A DNA stretch of 64,000 bases from Actinomycetes bacterium (lineage in GTDB: Bacteria > Actinomycetota > Thermoleophilia > RBG-16-64-13), in the NCBI GenBank assembly GCA_024637035.1, contig JAGXFW010000025.1, forward strand, positions 11,626 to 75,625. The letters run 5' to 3'. The notes beneath the pieces are model-generated. The model was not told the origin of the DNA and ran no database searches. It worked only from the letters and a program-made list of their open reading frames with translations. The position numbers were made by a program, and so were the translations under genes. Position 1 is the first letter of the stretch. Each line of letters starts with the position of its first letter. Shown here in pieces: positions 8,301-17,351 of this stretch.

Positions 8301-10343
8301 CTACATCCCCGTGAAGTCCGCCTTCTTCCCGCTCACGAAAGCGCCGATCCCCTCAACCGCGGCCTTGGTCTCGGCCACCTTGCCGAAGGCCTGGTAGCCG
8401 ATCTCAAGAGCGGCGGGCAGGTCGGGGGCGCCGAGGCCGTCCTTGATGGCCGCCACGATGATGTCGATCACCTCGCGGGAGAGCACCATGCCGTCGGCCG
8501 AGACCGCCTCACCGGCCACCAGGGCTTCGTCGGCCACCAAGCTGAGGTCGGCGGCGGGCAACGGCAGGGTACCGGCGAGGCTGCGGGCGCGCTCGGCCGC
8601 GAGCCGCACGAGCGCCTCGTAATCGGCCTCGACCGCGGACACCATGCCGAGTTCCAAGGCTAGGACAGCCGGGAGCCGGTCGGCGCGAGTGATCATGTCG
8701 GTGAAGATCTTGGCCGCGGCGGGCCACTTGCGGTAGGGCACCACCAGACCACCGATGCCGGGCAGGATTCCGAGCGTGACCTCGGGCATCTGGAAGTAGG
8801 CCTTCGGATGCGCCACGATGTCGTGGCAGCGGGTCGCCAGTTCCATGCCGCCGCCGAGCGCCAGACCGTTCACGGCCGCGACAACCGGCTTGGTCATGGT
8901 ATCGAGGTGTAGGAGGAGGCTCCCTGAGTCGCGTGAGTAGTCCACGGCCGCGGGTCCGTCGCCCAACATCTCGGTGAAGCGTCCGATCTCGGCCCCGGCG
9001 CAGAAGGCGCGGGTGCCGTAGCCTACGATGACGAAACCGGTCACCGAGTCATCAGCCTCGAAGGCGCGGAGTACCGCCAGGATCTCGTTGTTGACATCGT
9101 CGCTAAGCGCGTTCATCTGGGCTGGGCGGCGGATGGTGATCACCACCACGTCGTCCAGACGATCGACTAGTACGAAGCGGTTGAAGGCGGTGGCTGCCTC
9201 ATAATGGTCGAGCAGCTCAGGGCCGGGCAGCCCCGGGCGCTCCGCGGCCAGGCGCTCGAGCACCCGGGAGACTTCGCCCTGGCCGGCCTTCGCCATGAAG
9301 TCGAGCGGGCTCTCCTTGAAGCCGAGGGCCAAGAGGGAGCCCAGGTGCAGGTCCTCGGGCGCACCGATGCCACGGGCGACGATGTCCAGACACTGGCTGA
9401 ACAATATGCCGAGCAGGCGGTCCCGCACAGCTCCGCGGAGTTCGTCGGACACCTCGACAGGCGTGCCGGGCCTATTGACCTCCCAGCGGTCGACGCTGAG
9501 GAGGAGTTCGGTGGGCTTGTAGGCCGGACTCTCCACCATCTGCCGCGTGTTGCACTCGTAGCTGATGGGGTTGCCGTTGGCCATGTTCAACACGAAGAAC
9601 GGCCCGGCGTGCACGAACTCCTCGGCCACCGCGTCCACCTGCTTCGCGGTCACGTCGCCCCGCATCAGGAGGTTGGCGGCGTCGCAGGTCCAGTTGTCGA
9701 AGATACGGTCGAGCATGAAGGCGATGGCGTCGTCGGTGACCAACGGCACCTTGCCGGTGACGGCGAACATCCAGCGCAGATAGTCGACCACTTCACGGTC
9801 GCCACCCTCCCAGGTGATCACTTCGACGGCGGGGTTGCGCCAGGCAGGGGCGAAGAAGTGGGTGATGGCCGTGCGGCCCGGCAACTTCATCTCGTCGAAG
9901 AGCCAGGAGGCGGGGATGGAGCTCGTGTTCGAGCAGATGATGGCGTCAGACGCCACGCGCTCTTCCACCATCGCGAAGATCTTCTTCTTGAGCGGGATGC
10001 TCTCCGTCGCCGCCTCGATCACCAGATCGGCATCGGCCAAGGCGTCGTAGTCGCTGCTGGTCACGACGCCTTCAAGCACCTTGGCGGCCTTCTCCGCGTT
10101 CATCTTCCCGCGCTTGATGCCCTTGTCGATATAGCTCTGAAAGCGGGGTACGACACCGGCGAGGGCTTCCTCGCGGATGTCGATCAGGGTGAGCTTCAGG
10201 CCGGGCACAGCTGTCTTGAAATAGTAGCCGATGTCGGGTCCGATGGTGCCGGCCCCGATGATGGCCACGTGCTTGGGCAGATCGGTGCGCGGCGAACCGA
10301 GCAGTGGGTTGTGGAACCCCGGATACAGTACGTTTTGACTCAT
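8301..10343 (-). CDS. 3-hydroxyacyl-CoA dehydrogenase / enoyl-CoA hydratase fusion (dehydrogenase domain first)
   Basis: IIGAGTIG Rossmann motif, EAATE, SNTSS and HFFAP; C-terminal crotonase motifs AFCAGAEI, ALGGGMEL, PEVTLGILPG. Confidence 0.92.
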   Translation of the reverse strand: MSQNVLYPGFHNPLLGSPRTDLPKHVAIIGAGTIGPDIGYYFKTAVPGLKLTLIDIREEALAGVVPRFQSYIDKGIKRGKMNAEKAAKVLEGVVTSSDYDALADADLVIEAATESIPLKKKIFAMVEERVASDAIICSNTSSIPASWLFDEMKLPGRTAITHFFAPAWRNPAVEVITWEGGDREVVDYLRWMFAVTGKVPLVTDDAIAFMLDRIFDNWTCDAANLLMRGDVTAKQVDAVAEEFVHAGPFFVLNMANGNPISYECNTRQMVESPAYKPTELLLSVDRWEVNRPGTPVEVSDELRGAVRDRLLGILFSQCLDIVARGIGAPEDLHLGSLLALGFKESPLDFMAKAGQGEVSRVLERLAAERPGLPGPELLDHYEAATAFNRFVLVDRLDDVVVITIRRPAQMNALSDDVNNEILAVLRAFEADDSVTGFVIVGYGTRAFCAGAEIGRFTEMLGDGPAAVDYSRDSGSLLLHLDTMTKPVVAAVNGLALGGGMELATRCHDIVAHPKAYFQMPEVTLGILPGIGGLVVPYRKWPAAAKIFTDMITRADRLPAVLALELGMVSAVEADYEALVRLAAERARSLAGTLPLPAADLSLVADEALVAGEAVSADGMVLSREVIDIIVAAIKDGLGAPDLPAALEIGYQAFGKVAETKAAVEGIGAFVSGKKADFTGM

Positions 10344-10358
10344 CTTCAGCGCACTCCC

Positions 10359-11546
10359 CTATCCGACTTTGATGACGAGGGAGGCACCTGTGTCTCCGGC
10401 GGCGCACCCGGCGAACAGGCCGAGGCCACCGCCCAGGATCGCGAGCTCCTCGATCAGTTCGATGATGCAGCGTCCGGCGGTGGGGCCCTGCGGATGTCCG
10501 TAGACCAAGGGACTACCGTAGTTGTTGAAGCTCATCGGATCGAGGTCCATCTCCTTGGCCATGTACATGTCGTTGACCGCGAAGGGGTTATGCGTCTTGA
10601 TCGCCTTCATATCGCCGAGCGAGAGGCCGGCCTGCTCCAGCGCCATACGGGCCGCGGGCACCGGGGCCGCAGGCATGAAGTACTTCTTCGCCCTGGCATA
10701 TCCGAAGGAGAGCACCTGGACGCTGGGGCCGTCGCCGCCCATCTCGCGCGCCCGCTCCTGAGTGGTGACGATGATCGAGGAGTTCCCATCGGCCGGGTGC
10801 GTCTGCGAACCGTAGGTGAGCACGCCATCAGGCACGACGGGCCTCAGGCCGGCAAGGCCCTCGGCCGTGGTCGGGAAGATGCCCTCATCCGCATCGAGTG
10901 TGATGGTCTTCTTCCGGCTTACCTGGTACTCGACAGGGAACATGTAACGTTTCTGGAAGGCGCGATCGTCGGCCATGCCGTCCATGTACTGCTCGTAGCG
11001 ACGGAGGGCGACGGCGTCGCACTCCTCGCGGGTGATGCCGGCTTCCTTGGCCACTTCCTCCGCGGTGGCCACCATGGCCATGGGCGCCCAGGGGTGTCCC
11101 TCGAAGTTGTCCATGATCCAGTCTTCGACGTCCACCTGGCCACCGGGGCCGTTGGGGTTGGGCCACGTGCTGTGGGGGCCGTTGGACGTGCGGTCGACCA
11201 TCAGGTTGAACACCAGGCCCGCCGTGCCTACTTCAACCGCCATGGCGGCCTGATACACGCAGGTGGTGGAGGTACTGCACGCCTGGCTGATCCACACGCC
11301 GGGCACGTTCTCGGCACCCATGATCGTCGCGGCCAAGGGCCCGCCGAAGAAGACATGGGGTTGCGCCACCGAGCAGCCGAAGTTGACGTAGTCGATCGAG
11401 CCGGGATCCCAGCCCTTGCCGGCCAGCCACCGGGCCGCTGTTGCCCCACCGAGGGGCAGGGAGTGCACTGTCGAGAGACTCCCCTGCCAGCGGGCGAACG
11501 GAGTGCTGTAGTACCCACCGTACGGGATGAACGCCTTCGTGAACAT
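10359..11546 (-). CDS. Thiolase family protein (acetyl-CoA C-acyltransferase)
   Basis: QACSTS, HNPFAVN, GHPQGPT and GCAAGD motifs; ATG 11546 with GGAAGG RBS. Confidence 0.9.
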   Translation of the reverse strand: MFTKAFIPYGGYYSTPFARWQGSLSTVHSLPLGGATAARWLAGKGWDPGSIDYVNFGCSVAQPHVFFGGPLAATIMGAENVPGVWISQACSTSTTCVYQAAMAVEVGTAGLVFNLMVDRTSNGPHSTWPNPNGPGGQVDVEDWIMDNFEGHPWAPMAMVATAEEVAKEAGITREECDAVALRRYEQYMDGMADDRAFQKRYMFPVEYQVSRKKTITLDADEGIFPTTAEGLAGLRPVVPDGVLTYGSQTHPADGNSSIIVTTQERAREMGGDGPSVQVLSFGYARAKKYFMPAAPVPAARMALEQAGLSLGDMKAIKTHNPFAVNDMYMAKEMDLDPMSFNNYGSPLVYGHPQGPTAGRCIIELIEELAILGGGLGLFAGCAAGDTGASLVIKVG

Positions 11547-11776
11547 GAACTCCACCTTCCTATGGGCGTGACTTCGATACTGGACCGTGTCGATTGACAG
11601 CGCGGTACATCGGGGCACGGACGACGGAGCATCGAGACGACTCTCGACGGTCCGCGGCGCCTCAGTGATTATCTGTGCTAACTGGCCGTCCAGTCAAGAG
11701 TGACGCGTCCGCGTCTGGTGGCGAGGTGGTGGTGAGTGCGGCTAGGCGCTAGGTTTGCTGCTTTGCTTCCCACTAA

Positions 11777-11791
11777 TACCCTGGCTAGGTA
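11777..11791. promoter_or_regulatory. Possible CsoR/RicR-family operator (TACC-N7-GGTA) upstream of ric
   Basis: TACCCTGGCTAGGTA in an AT-richer intergenic patch. Confidence 0.4.
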
Positions 11792-11896
11792 GTTGCATTC
11801 CCTCGCTTTCGGGTATCATTGGATTGTCAGAAGACCATAAAGTCGGCTGGCCGTGTGGGTAAGCGGCACCGCCATCGAGGCGCTGAGGAGTCAGGG

Positions 11897-12607
11897 ATGG
11901 AGATCACACAAGAAACCAGCGTAGGCCAGATCGCAACCACGATCCCCGCCTCGATCGACGTGTTCGAGCGCTTCGGGGTCGATTTCTGTTGCGGGGGAGA
12001 CAAACCCCTCTCCGAGGCGTTGAGAGGAACCGGCGTCTCCGTGGGCGACCTGCTGGCCGAGATCGAAGCTGCGGTAGCGGCCCTCGCATCCGAGCAGCGC
12101 CTCCACGAAGACTGGTCGGAACGCGATCCCTCCGCGCTCGCCGACCACGTCGAGCGCGCGCACCACACGTATCTCCGGGAGAAGCTCCCGTTCGTGGGTG
12201 AGAAGATGGCCACGGTCCTCCGCGTGCATGGCGAATTGCACCCCGAACTCTTCGAACTCGGGCGCTTGCTGGAGCAACTTCGCAAGGAGATCGAGGCCCA
12301 CCTGGAAACCGAGGAGACCGTCGTGTTCCCCGCCCTGCGCGAGATCGTCGAATCCGGCGCCTCGGGCACGAAGGGCGCGGCACTCGAGGACTCCCTGCAG
12401 ATGCTGGAGACGGAGCACGATGAGGTCGGCCGCCTCCTGAAGGGCATGCGGGGCATCACATCGAACTACCACCCGCCGGCCGGGGCCTGCGCCACGTACT
12501 CGGTGCTCTTCCGAGAACTGCAGGCGCTTGAGGCCGACATCCATAGGCACGTGCATCTGGAGAACAACATCATGTTCGCCGCGGCCCGGAAGCTGATCCG
12601 GTCGTAG
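11897..12607 (+). CDS. ric: Iron-sulfur cluster repair di-iron protein (Ric/ScdA/YtfE)
   Basis: DFCCGG N-terminal motif; hemerythrin-like HHTYL, HLETEE, EHDEVG, HVHLENN; GAGGAG RBS. Confidence 0.93.
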   Translation: MEITQETSVGQIATTIPASIDVFERFGVDFCCGGDKPLSEALRGTGVSVGDLLAEIEAAVAALASEQRLHEDWSERDPSALADHVERAHHTYLREKLPFVGEKMATVLRVHGELHPELFELGRLLEQLRKEIEAHLETEETVVFPALREIVESGASGTKGAALEDSLQMLETEHDEVGRLLKGMRGITSNYHPPAGACATYSVLFRELQALEADIHRHVHLENNIMFAAARKLIRS

Positions 12608-12635
12608 GTCGCACCCTGGGGCGGCGCTCGGGTGA

Positions 12636-12672
12636 ACCGAGGCGCCGCTGATTGCGCTCGCGGCGCCTCGGT
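12636..12672. terminator. 13-bp stem hairpin between convergent ric and Fe-ADH genes
   Basis: ACCGAGGCGCCGC ... GCGGCGCCTCGGT. Confidence 0.65.
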
Positions 12673-12685
12673 GGCTGGACTTTAG

Positions 12686-13861
12686 CTAGATGTGCGGCAG
12701 TACTCCGTCCCAGGCGCACATGTAGATGTGCTTCATGTCTTCCAGGGTCGGCTGGCGCTTGTTGTCACCGGTGCACGCGTCTTCCAACGCGTTCTTGGCG
12801 ATCAGATCGACCGATGCCATGAACTCGTCTTCAGGGATACCGAGGTCCTTGATCCTGGTCGGCATCCCCAAGGCCCTAGCCAGATCGAAGATCTTGTCGA
12901 TCAATCCAGAGACCAACTGGTCCACGCTGACGCCCCGCACCCCAAGAGCAAGGGCCACGTCGGCGTAGCGCGAACTCGAAACCGCCGCGTTGTAGGCGAC
13001 GACGTATGGCATGAGCGCCGCGTTGGCTCTGCCATGCGGAACCCCCCACACAGACCCCAGTTGATGGGCAAGCGAATGGTTGATGCCGAGCCCACAGTTG
13101 TTGAACGACTGCCCGGCCACGGCTGCCGCGTAGTGCATCTTCTCCCTCGCGGTGGCGTCGCTGCCATGTTCCACAGCCCTGGGTAGCCACTCGAATGCCA
13201 GTTGAAGGGCTTTGATCGCCGGTCCGTCAGAGAAGTCGTTGGCCGCCGCAGCCGCGTAGGCCTCGAGAGCATGCACGATGACATCCATCCCGGTGTTGGC
13301 GGTCACGTCGGGGGGCACTGTCAAGCAGAGCTCCGGATCGACGATCGCCATGTCGGGCACGAGTTCGTAAGAGTCGATGGACTTCTTGACCGCCGGAGTC
13401 GCCTCCGTGTCGGTGATCACGGCGCCGATGCCCACTTCGGTGCCGGTTCCGCTCGTGGACGGGATCGCGATGAAACGCGCCTTCGCTCGAAGCGGCGGGA
13501 TGGAGAAGGGAACAGACGCCACTTCCCACGTCATGTCGGGCAGTTCGTAGAACACCCACATGGCCTTGCCGGCATCGATGGAAGACCCGCCGCCCAGGCC
13601 CACGACGAGATCGGGCTGGAATTCCCTCATCATCTCCACACCCCGACCGACGGTGATCCGCGACGGATCGGGCTCGGCCTCAGCGAACACCGCCACCTCG
13701 GTGCCGTTCGCCTCCAAGAAGCTCTTCACGCGATCTACCCAGCCGAGCTTCAGCATCACCGCGTCGCTCACTATCATGGCACGGGCCGCCGGAAGCTCCG
13801 TCACCCGGGAGATCGCTCCGGCCCCATAGAACACATTACGCGGTACCGTGAACTGCATCAT
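12686..13861 (-). CDS. Iron-containing alcohol dehydrogenase
   Basis: GGGSSIDAGK, PSTSGTGTE, GMDVIVHALE, HSLAH and PHGRAN motifs. Confidence 0.93.
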   Translation of the reverse strand: MMQFTVPRNVFYGAGAISRVTELPAARAMIVSDAVMLKLGWVDRVKSFLEANGTEVAVFAEAEPDPSRITVGRGVEMMREFQPDLVVGLGGGSSIDAGKAMWVFYELPDMTWEVASVPFSIPPLRAKARFIAIPSTSGTGTEVGIGAVITDTEATPAVKKSIDSYELVPDMAIVDPELCLTVPPDVTANTGMDVIVHALEAYAAAAANDFSDGPAIKALQLAFEWLPRAVEHGSDATAREKMHYAAAVAGQSFNNCGLGINHSLAHQLGSVWGVPHGRANAALMPYVVAYNAAVSSSRYADVALALGVRGVSVDQLVSGLIDKIFDLARALGMPTRIKDLGIPEDEFMASVDLIAKNALEDACTGDNKRQPTLEDMKHIYMCAWDGVLPHI

Positions 13862-13883
13862 CTCCGAACTCCTCCTCTACCGG

Positions 13884-14591
13884 TCAGACTCCCAGGAACA
13901 CCTTCTGGATCTCACTGTCGGCTTCGAGTTCCTCAGCTAGGCCCGATTTCACGATGCGTCCTTCACGCATGAGGTAGACCCTGTGGGCTACCTCGAAACT
14001 CACCTTCACGTTCTGCTCGATAAGACAGACGGCTATGTCGCCGCGCTCCCCGATCTCCTTGAGAGCCTCGATCAGGTTCTTCCTGATGATAGGCGCCAAG
14101 CCTAGAGTCGGCTCGTCCAAGAAGAGCAGCTTCGGACTTGCCATCAAGGCTCTGCCGATGGCTACCATCTGTGCTTCTCCGCCACTCAACGTACCGGCTT
14201 GCTGGTTGACCCTGTCTCGTAGGACCGGGAAGAGATCGAACACCTGGTCGATCGAAACCGTTCCGTCCTTCGGCGCGTTGTACGCTCCAAGCAGCAGATT
14301 GTCCTTCACGCTCATGAAGTCGAAGAGGTACCGTCGCTCCGGGCACTGGACCAGCCCGGTCTGCACGAGCCGCCGGTTCGATAGGCCTCGGATGCTCTGC
14401 CCGGCGAACAGCACCTCGCCGGCCCACTCGACGAGACCGGTCACGGCATTCACAAAGGTGCTCTTACCGGCGCCGTTGGGCCCAACGATCGCTATGCACT
14501 TCTCGTCTTGGTCAATATGGAGGCTGATACCCTTGACCGCCTCGATATTGCCGTACTTCACCTGTAGATCCTGGACCTCGAATAGACGCAT
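13884..14591 (-). CDS. livF: HAAT (Liv-type) ABC transporter ATPase, LivF-like
   Basis: GPNGAGKST Walker A, LSGGEAQMVAIGRALM, LDEPTLGLAP. Confidence 0.9.
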   Translation of the reverse strand: MRLFEVQDLQVKYGNIEAVKGISLHIDQDEKCIAIVGPNGAGKSTFVNAVTGLVEWAGEVLFAGQSIRGLSNRRLVQTGLVQCPERRYLFDFMSVKDNLLLGAYNAPKDGTVSIDQVFDLFPVLRDRVNQQAGTLSGGEAQMVAIGRALMASPKLLFLDEPTLGLAPIIRKNLIEALKEIGERGDIAVCLIEQNVKVSFEVAHRVYLMREGRIVKSGLAEELEADSEIQKVFLGV

Positions 14592-14597
14592 ATCAGC

Positions 14598-15296
14598 TCA
14601 TCCCATGTACGCGTCAACGACATCTTGATTGCTGAACAGCTCTTCGAACGTGCCTTCCGCTATGACGACGCCGCGGTCGATCACCGTTGTGACGTGCGCG
14701 ACCCTCTCGACCAGAGCGAGGTTGTGATCGACGACCAGCACGGTCAGCTGCCTCTCTTCCGCGATCTTCCTAATGATCTCGATTACTTCCATTCCCTCTT
14801 CGAAAGACAGCCCGGCAAAGCACTCGTCGAGCATGATGAACGACGGCCTGGTAGAAAGGGCCTTGGCGATCTCAAGCTTCTTCGCGCCCAACGCCGAGAG
14901 GACATCGGGGTTCTCATCCATCTCCCCTTCCAAGCCGACGGTCTCAGCTATCAGCATCACGTCGGTGGCCGGAAAGCCGTTCACCATGATCCCGAGTTCG
15001 ATGTGCCTCCGGATGGAAAGCTCGGGCACGTACAGAGCGGTCTGATGCGTCGCGTTCAGACCCTTTCTGACTCTATCCCAGATATGCATGCGCGAGATAT
15101 CTTCGCCCCGGAACCAGATGCTGCCACTGTCCGGTCGGTGGACGCCCATGATGGTGGTGATCAACGTGGACTTGCCGGCGCCGTTGGGCCCGATCAGCCC
15201 ACGCACCTCGCCCTGCTCTATGTTCAGGGTGACGCCTCCGAGCGCTATCACGCCCGGAAACACCTTCCCGACATCCCTTACTTCCAGAACAGGCAT
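14598..15296 (-). CDS. livG: HAAT ABC transporter ATPase, LivG-like
   Basis: GLIGPNGAGKST, MLDECFAGL and a VVDAYMG end; start at MPVLEV. Confidence 0.88.
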   Translation of the reverse strand: MPVLEVRDVGKVFPGVIALGGVTLNIEQGEVRGLIGPNGAGKSTLITTIMGVHRPDSGSIWFRGEDISRMHIWDRVRKGLNATHQTALYVPELSIRRHIELGIMVNGFPATDVMLIAETVGLEGEMDENPDVLSALGAKKLEIAKALSTRPSFIMLDECFAGLSFEEGMEVIEIIRKIAEERQLTVLVVDHNLALVERVAHVTTVIDRGVVIAEGTFEELFSNQDVVDAYMG

Positions 15297-15336
15297 TACC
15301 CAGCCTCTTTGATCGATGATGTGCTTCGCGAGACCT

Positions 15337-16281
15337 CTACTGAACCGACTTCCTTCCAGGCACCACGCGCCGTATGGCAACCTCTAGGATCGAGATGAGT
15401 CCCTTGGGCCACAGGAAGTAGATCGCGAATCCCAGGCCATAGATGATCAGGAACTCGATGTGCGAGCTGACTACCGGCTTGAGCAGGAAACCCGCAAACA
15501 CAACGAAGTAGGCTCCAACGATGGACCCGTAGAGGCTGAATCGGCCACCGATTATCGCGATGACCACGATTCGGATCATGAAGGCGAGCTCGAACGTGTT
15601 GGAGACGACAGCTGCTCCACTGTAGTGCACGTACAGCGCCCCGCCGGTGCTTGCCAGGAGACCGCTCAACAGGAGCAGGCGCCCCGTGTAGCGGTGCGGG
15701 TCTGCGCCGGCGGTCCTCACAATGTCCTGGCTTTCCCTCGCGAAATCGACGATCTTCCCGGAATTCGAACTCAGGAACCTCGAGTAGCCATATCCGAACA
15801 AACACAGAAGGGCCGCGATCCCGATCGCGAAGCCCAATGTGGAGAAGATGCCGTCAAGAGGCGAGAGGCCGAGATCGCCATTGGTGAGGGGCCGAGCGTA
15901 ACCGGATAGCACCAAGTTGGTGAGGGCTATGATCGACAAGAAGCTGACCATCTCGAAGCTCAACCCCGAGACGCGCTTGTGGATCGGGTTCAAGTAGAGC
16001 CAGCCCAAGAGCGTACCGACGATAGACCCGATCACTATGCTGACGGGCATCGGCCAATCCAGGTGGTAGTTGAGAATGGCGCTCGTGTAGCCGCCCATTC
16101 CGATGAAGATCACGTGCCCCAGGTTCAGATAGCCGCTGTAGCTGGTGAAGAAGCTCCAGCTCATGGCGAAGATCGCAAAGAAGGTGGCTGAGATCACGAA
16201 CGATATGTCTGCCCGGAACAAGACAGCCGCAAGGGTCAAAGCCACGAACGTCGCTGCCCATCTCACAGAGTCTCTCGACAC
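15337..16281 (-). CDS. livM: HAAT ABC transporter permease, LivM-like
   Basis: YSGYLNLGHVIFIGMGGY and IIGGRFSLYGSIVGA motifs; multi-TM. Confidence 0.85.
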   Translation of the reverse strand: MSRDSVRWAATFVALTLAAVLFRADISFVISATFFAIFAMSWSFFTSYSGYLNLGHVIFIGMGGYTSAILNYHLDWPMPVSIVIGSIVGTLLGWLYLNPIHKRVSGLSFEMVSFLSIIALTNLVLSGYARPLTNGDLGLSPLDGIFSTLGFAIGIAALLCLFGYGYSRFLSSNSGKIVDFARESQDIVRTAGADPHRYTGRLLLLSGLLASTGGALYVHYSGAAVVSNTFELAFMIRIVVIAIIGGRFSLYGSIVGAYFVVFAGFLLKPVVSSHIEFLIIYGLGFAIYFLWPKGLISILEVAIRRVVPGRKSVQ

Positions 16282-16315
16282 TAGATCCAGTCCTCCTACT
16301 TCGCAGGCAAAGCCC

Positions 16316-17173
16316 CTAGCCTATCCGCTTGCCTGCGAGGCCCCTTGGTCGGAATATCAAGATCGCAATCGCCAAGCTCAAGATCACGAACGCTCGGATA
16401 CGCGGATCGATGAACGTGACCACCGCGACTTCGAGCCAGCCCACAAGCACCGTCGCGATCATGATGCCGTTGATGCTGCCCAATCCTCCTACCGTGGTGA
16501 TGGTGAACATGATCACCAAGGGGTAGGCCCACATATGCACGCTCACGCCCAGATAGCCGCCGTAGAAGTAGGCCCCTAGGGCAAGCAGTACGCCGCCGAC
16601 GCCGTACACGATCGCCTGGATCCTGACCACGTCCAGACCTATGACCTGGCTGCCCCGCACGCTCTGAGGTATTCCTATGACCGCTCTGCCGATGTTGGTG
16701 TTGTGAGAGATGTATCTCAATCCGAAGAGGGCGATCCAGCCAACGGCACCACCAAGAAGCAGCTGCTGTCTGATCTCCACATCGAAGATATTCACGTTAC
16801 CTGAGAGTAACGGAGCTATTTTGAACGTGTATCCGGATGAGAAGAACTTGGCCATCAGGCTCTCTACACCAAGAGCTAGAAGGATCGTAGCGAAGAAGAC
16901 ACGGTAGGGGTTGTCGCGCTGCGGACGGATGAATAGAAGATAGTGGGCGACGCACAAGAGACCCAGGCCCGGTGCGACAATCAGCATGGTCCCATTTCCA
17001 AGGTATGGGCTGAGCTCGACGATCATGAACGCTCCCACCATGAAATAGGCCGGAAGAGCAATGTCGAAGAATCCGCCTAACCCGCACACCAAAGAGAATC
17101 CAACCGTCATTATCCCGTAGAGAGAAGCGAATATCAGACCGTATATGATTACGTATACTACGTTCTCAAACAT
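16316..17173 (-). CDS. livH: HAAT ABC transporter permease, LivH-like
   Basis: GLIFASLYGIMTVGFSLV, VGGLGSINGIM and FRPRGL motifs. Confidence 0.85.
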   Translation of the reverse strand: MFENVVYVIIYGLIFASLYGIMTVGFSLVCGLGGFFDIALPAYFMVGAFMIVELSPYLGNGTMLIVAPGLGLLCVAHYLLFIRPQRDNPYRVFFATILLALGVESLMAKFFSSGYTFKIAPLLSGNVNIFDVEIRQQLLLGGAVGWIALFGLRYISHNTNIGRAVIGIPQSVRGSQVIGLDVVRIQAIVYGVGGVLLALGAYFYGGYLGVSVHMWAYPLVIMFTITTVGGLGSINGIMIATVLVGWLEVAVVTFIDPRIRAFVILSLAIAILIFRPRGLAGKRIG

Positions 17174-17351
17174 ACGAACGGTCTCCCGCCAAGCAAGAAG
17201 GGGAGGGTGTGCCTCGCGGCCGGAGAAAGGTGGCCCCACGCGTCGCGCGAACCACGTCCGCGGCCAGTGGAGGGGGCGCCCAGACGGAGCGCCCCCCCAA
17301 GAGGTCAGCCAACCGGAACATCAAATACGGGTTCGCGTGTCGTCAGCCAGC

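Noticed and set aside
15296-15360. Possible frameshift at the livM 3' end (an alternative frame ends in TAATG at the livG start)
   Set aside because: LivM is already full length with a normal C-terminus; the overlap can be coincidence.
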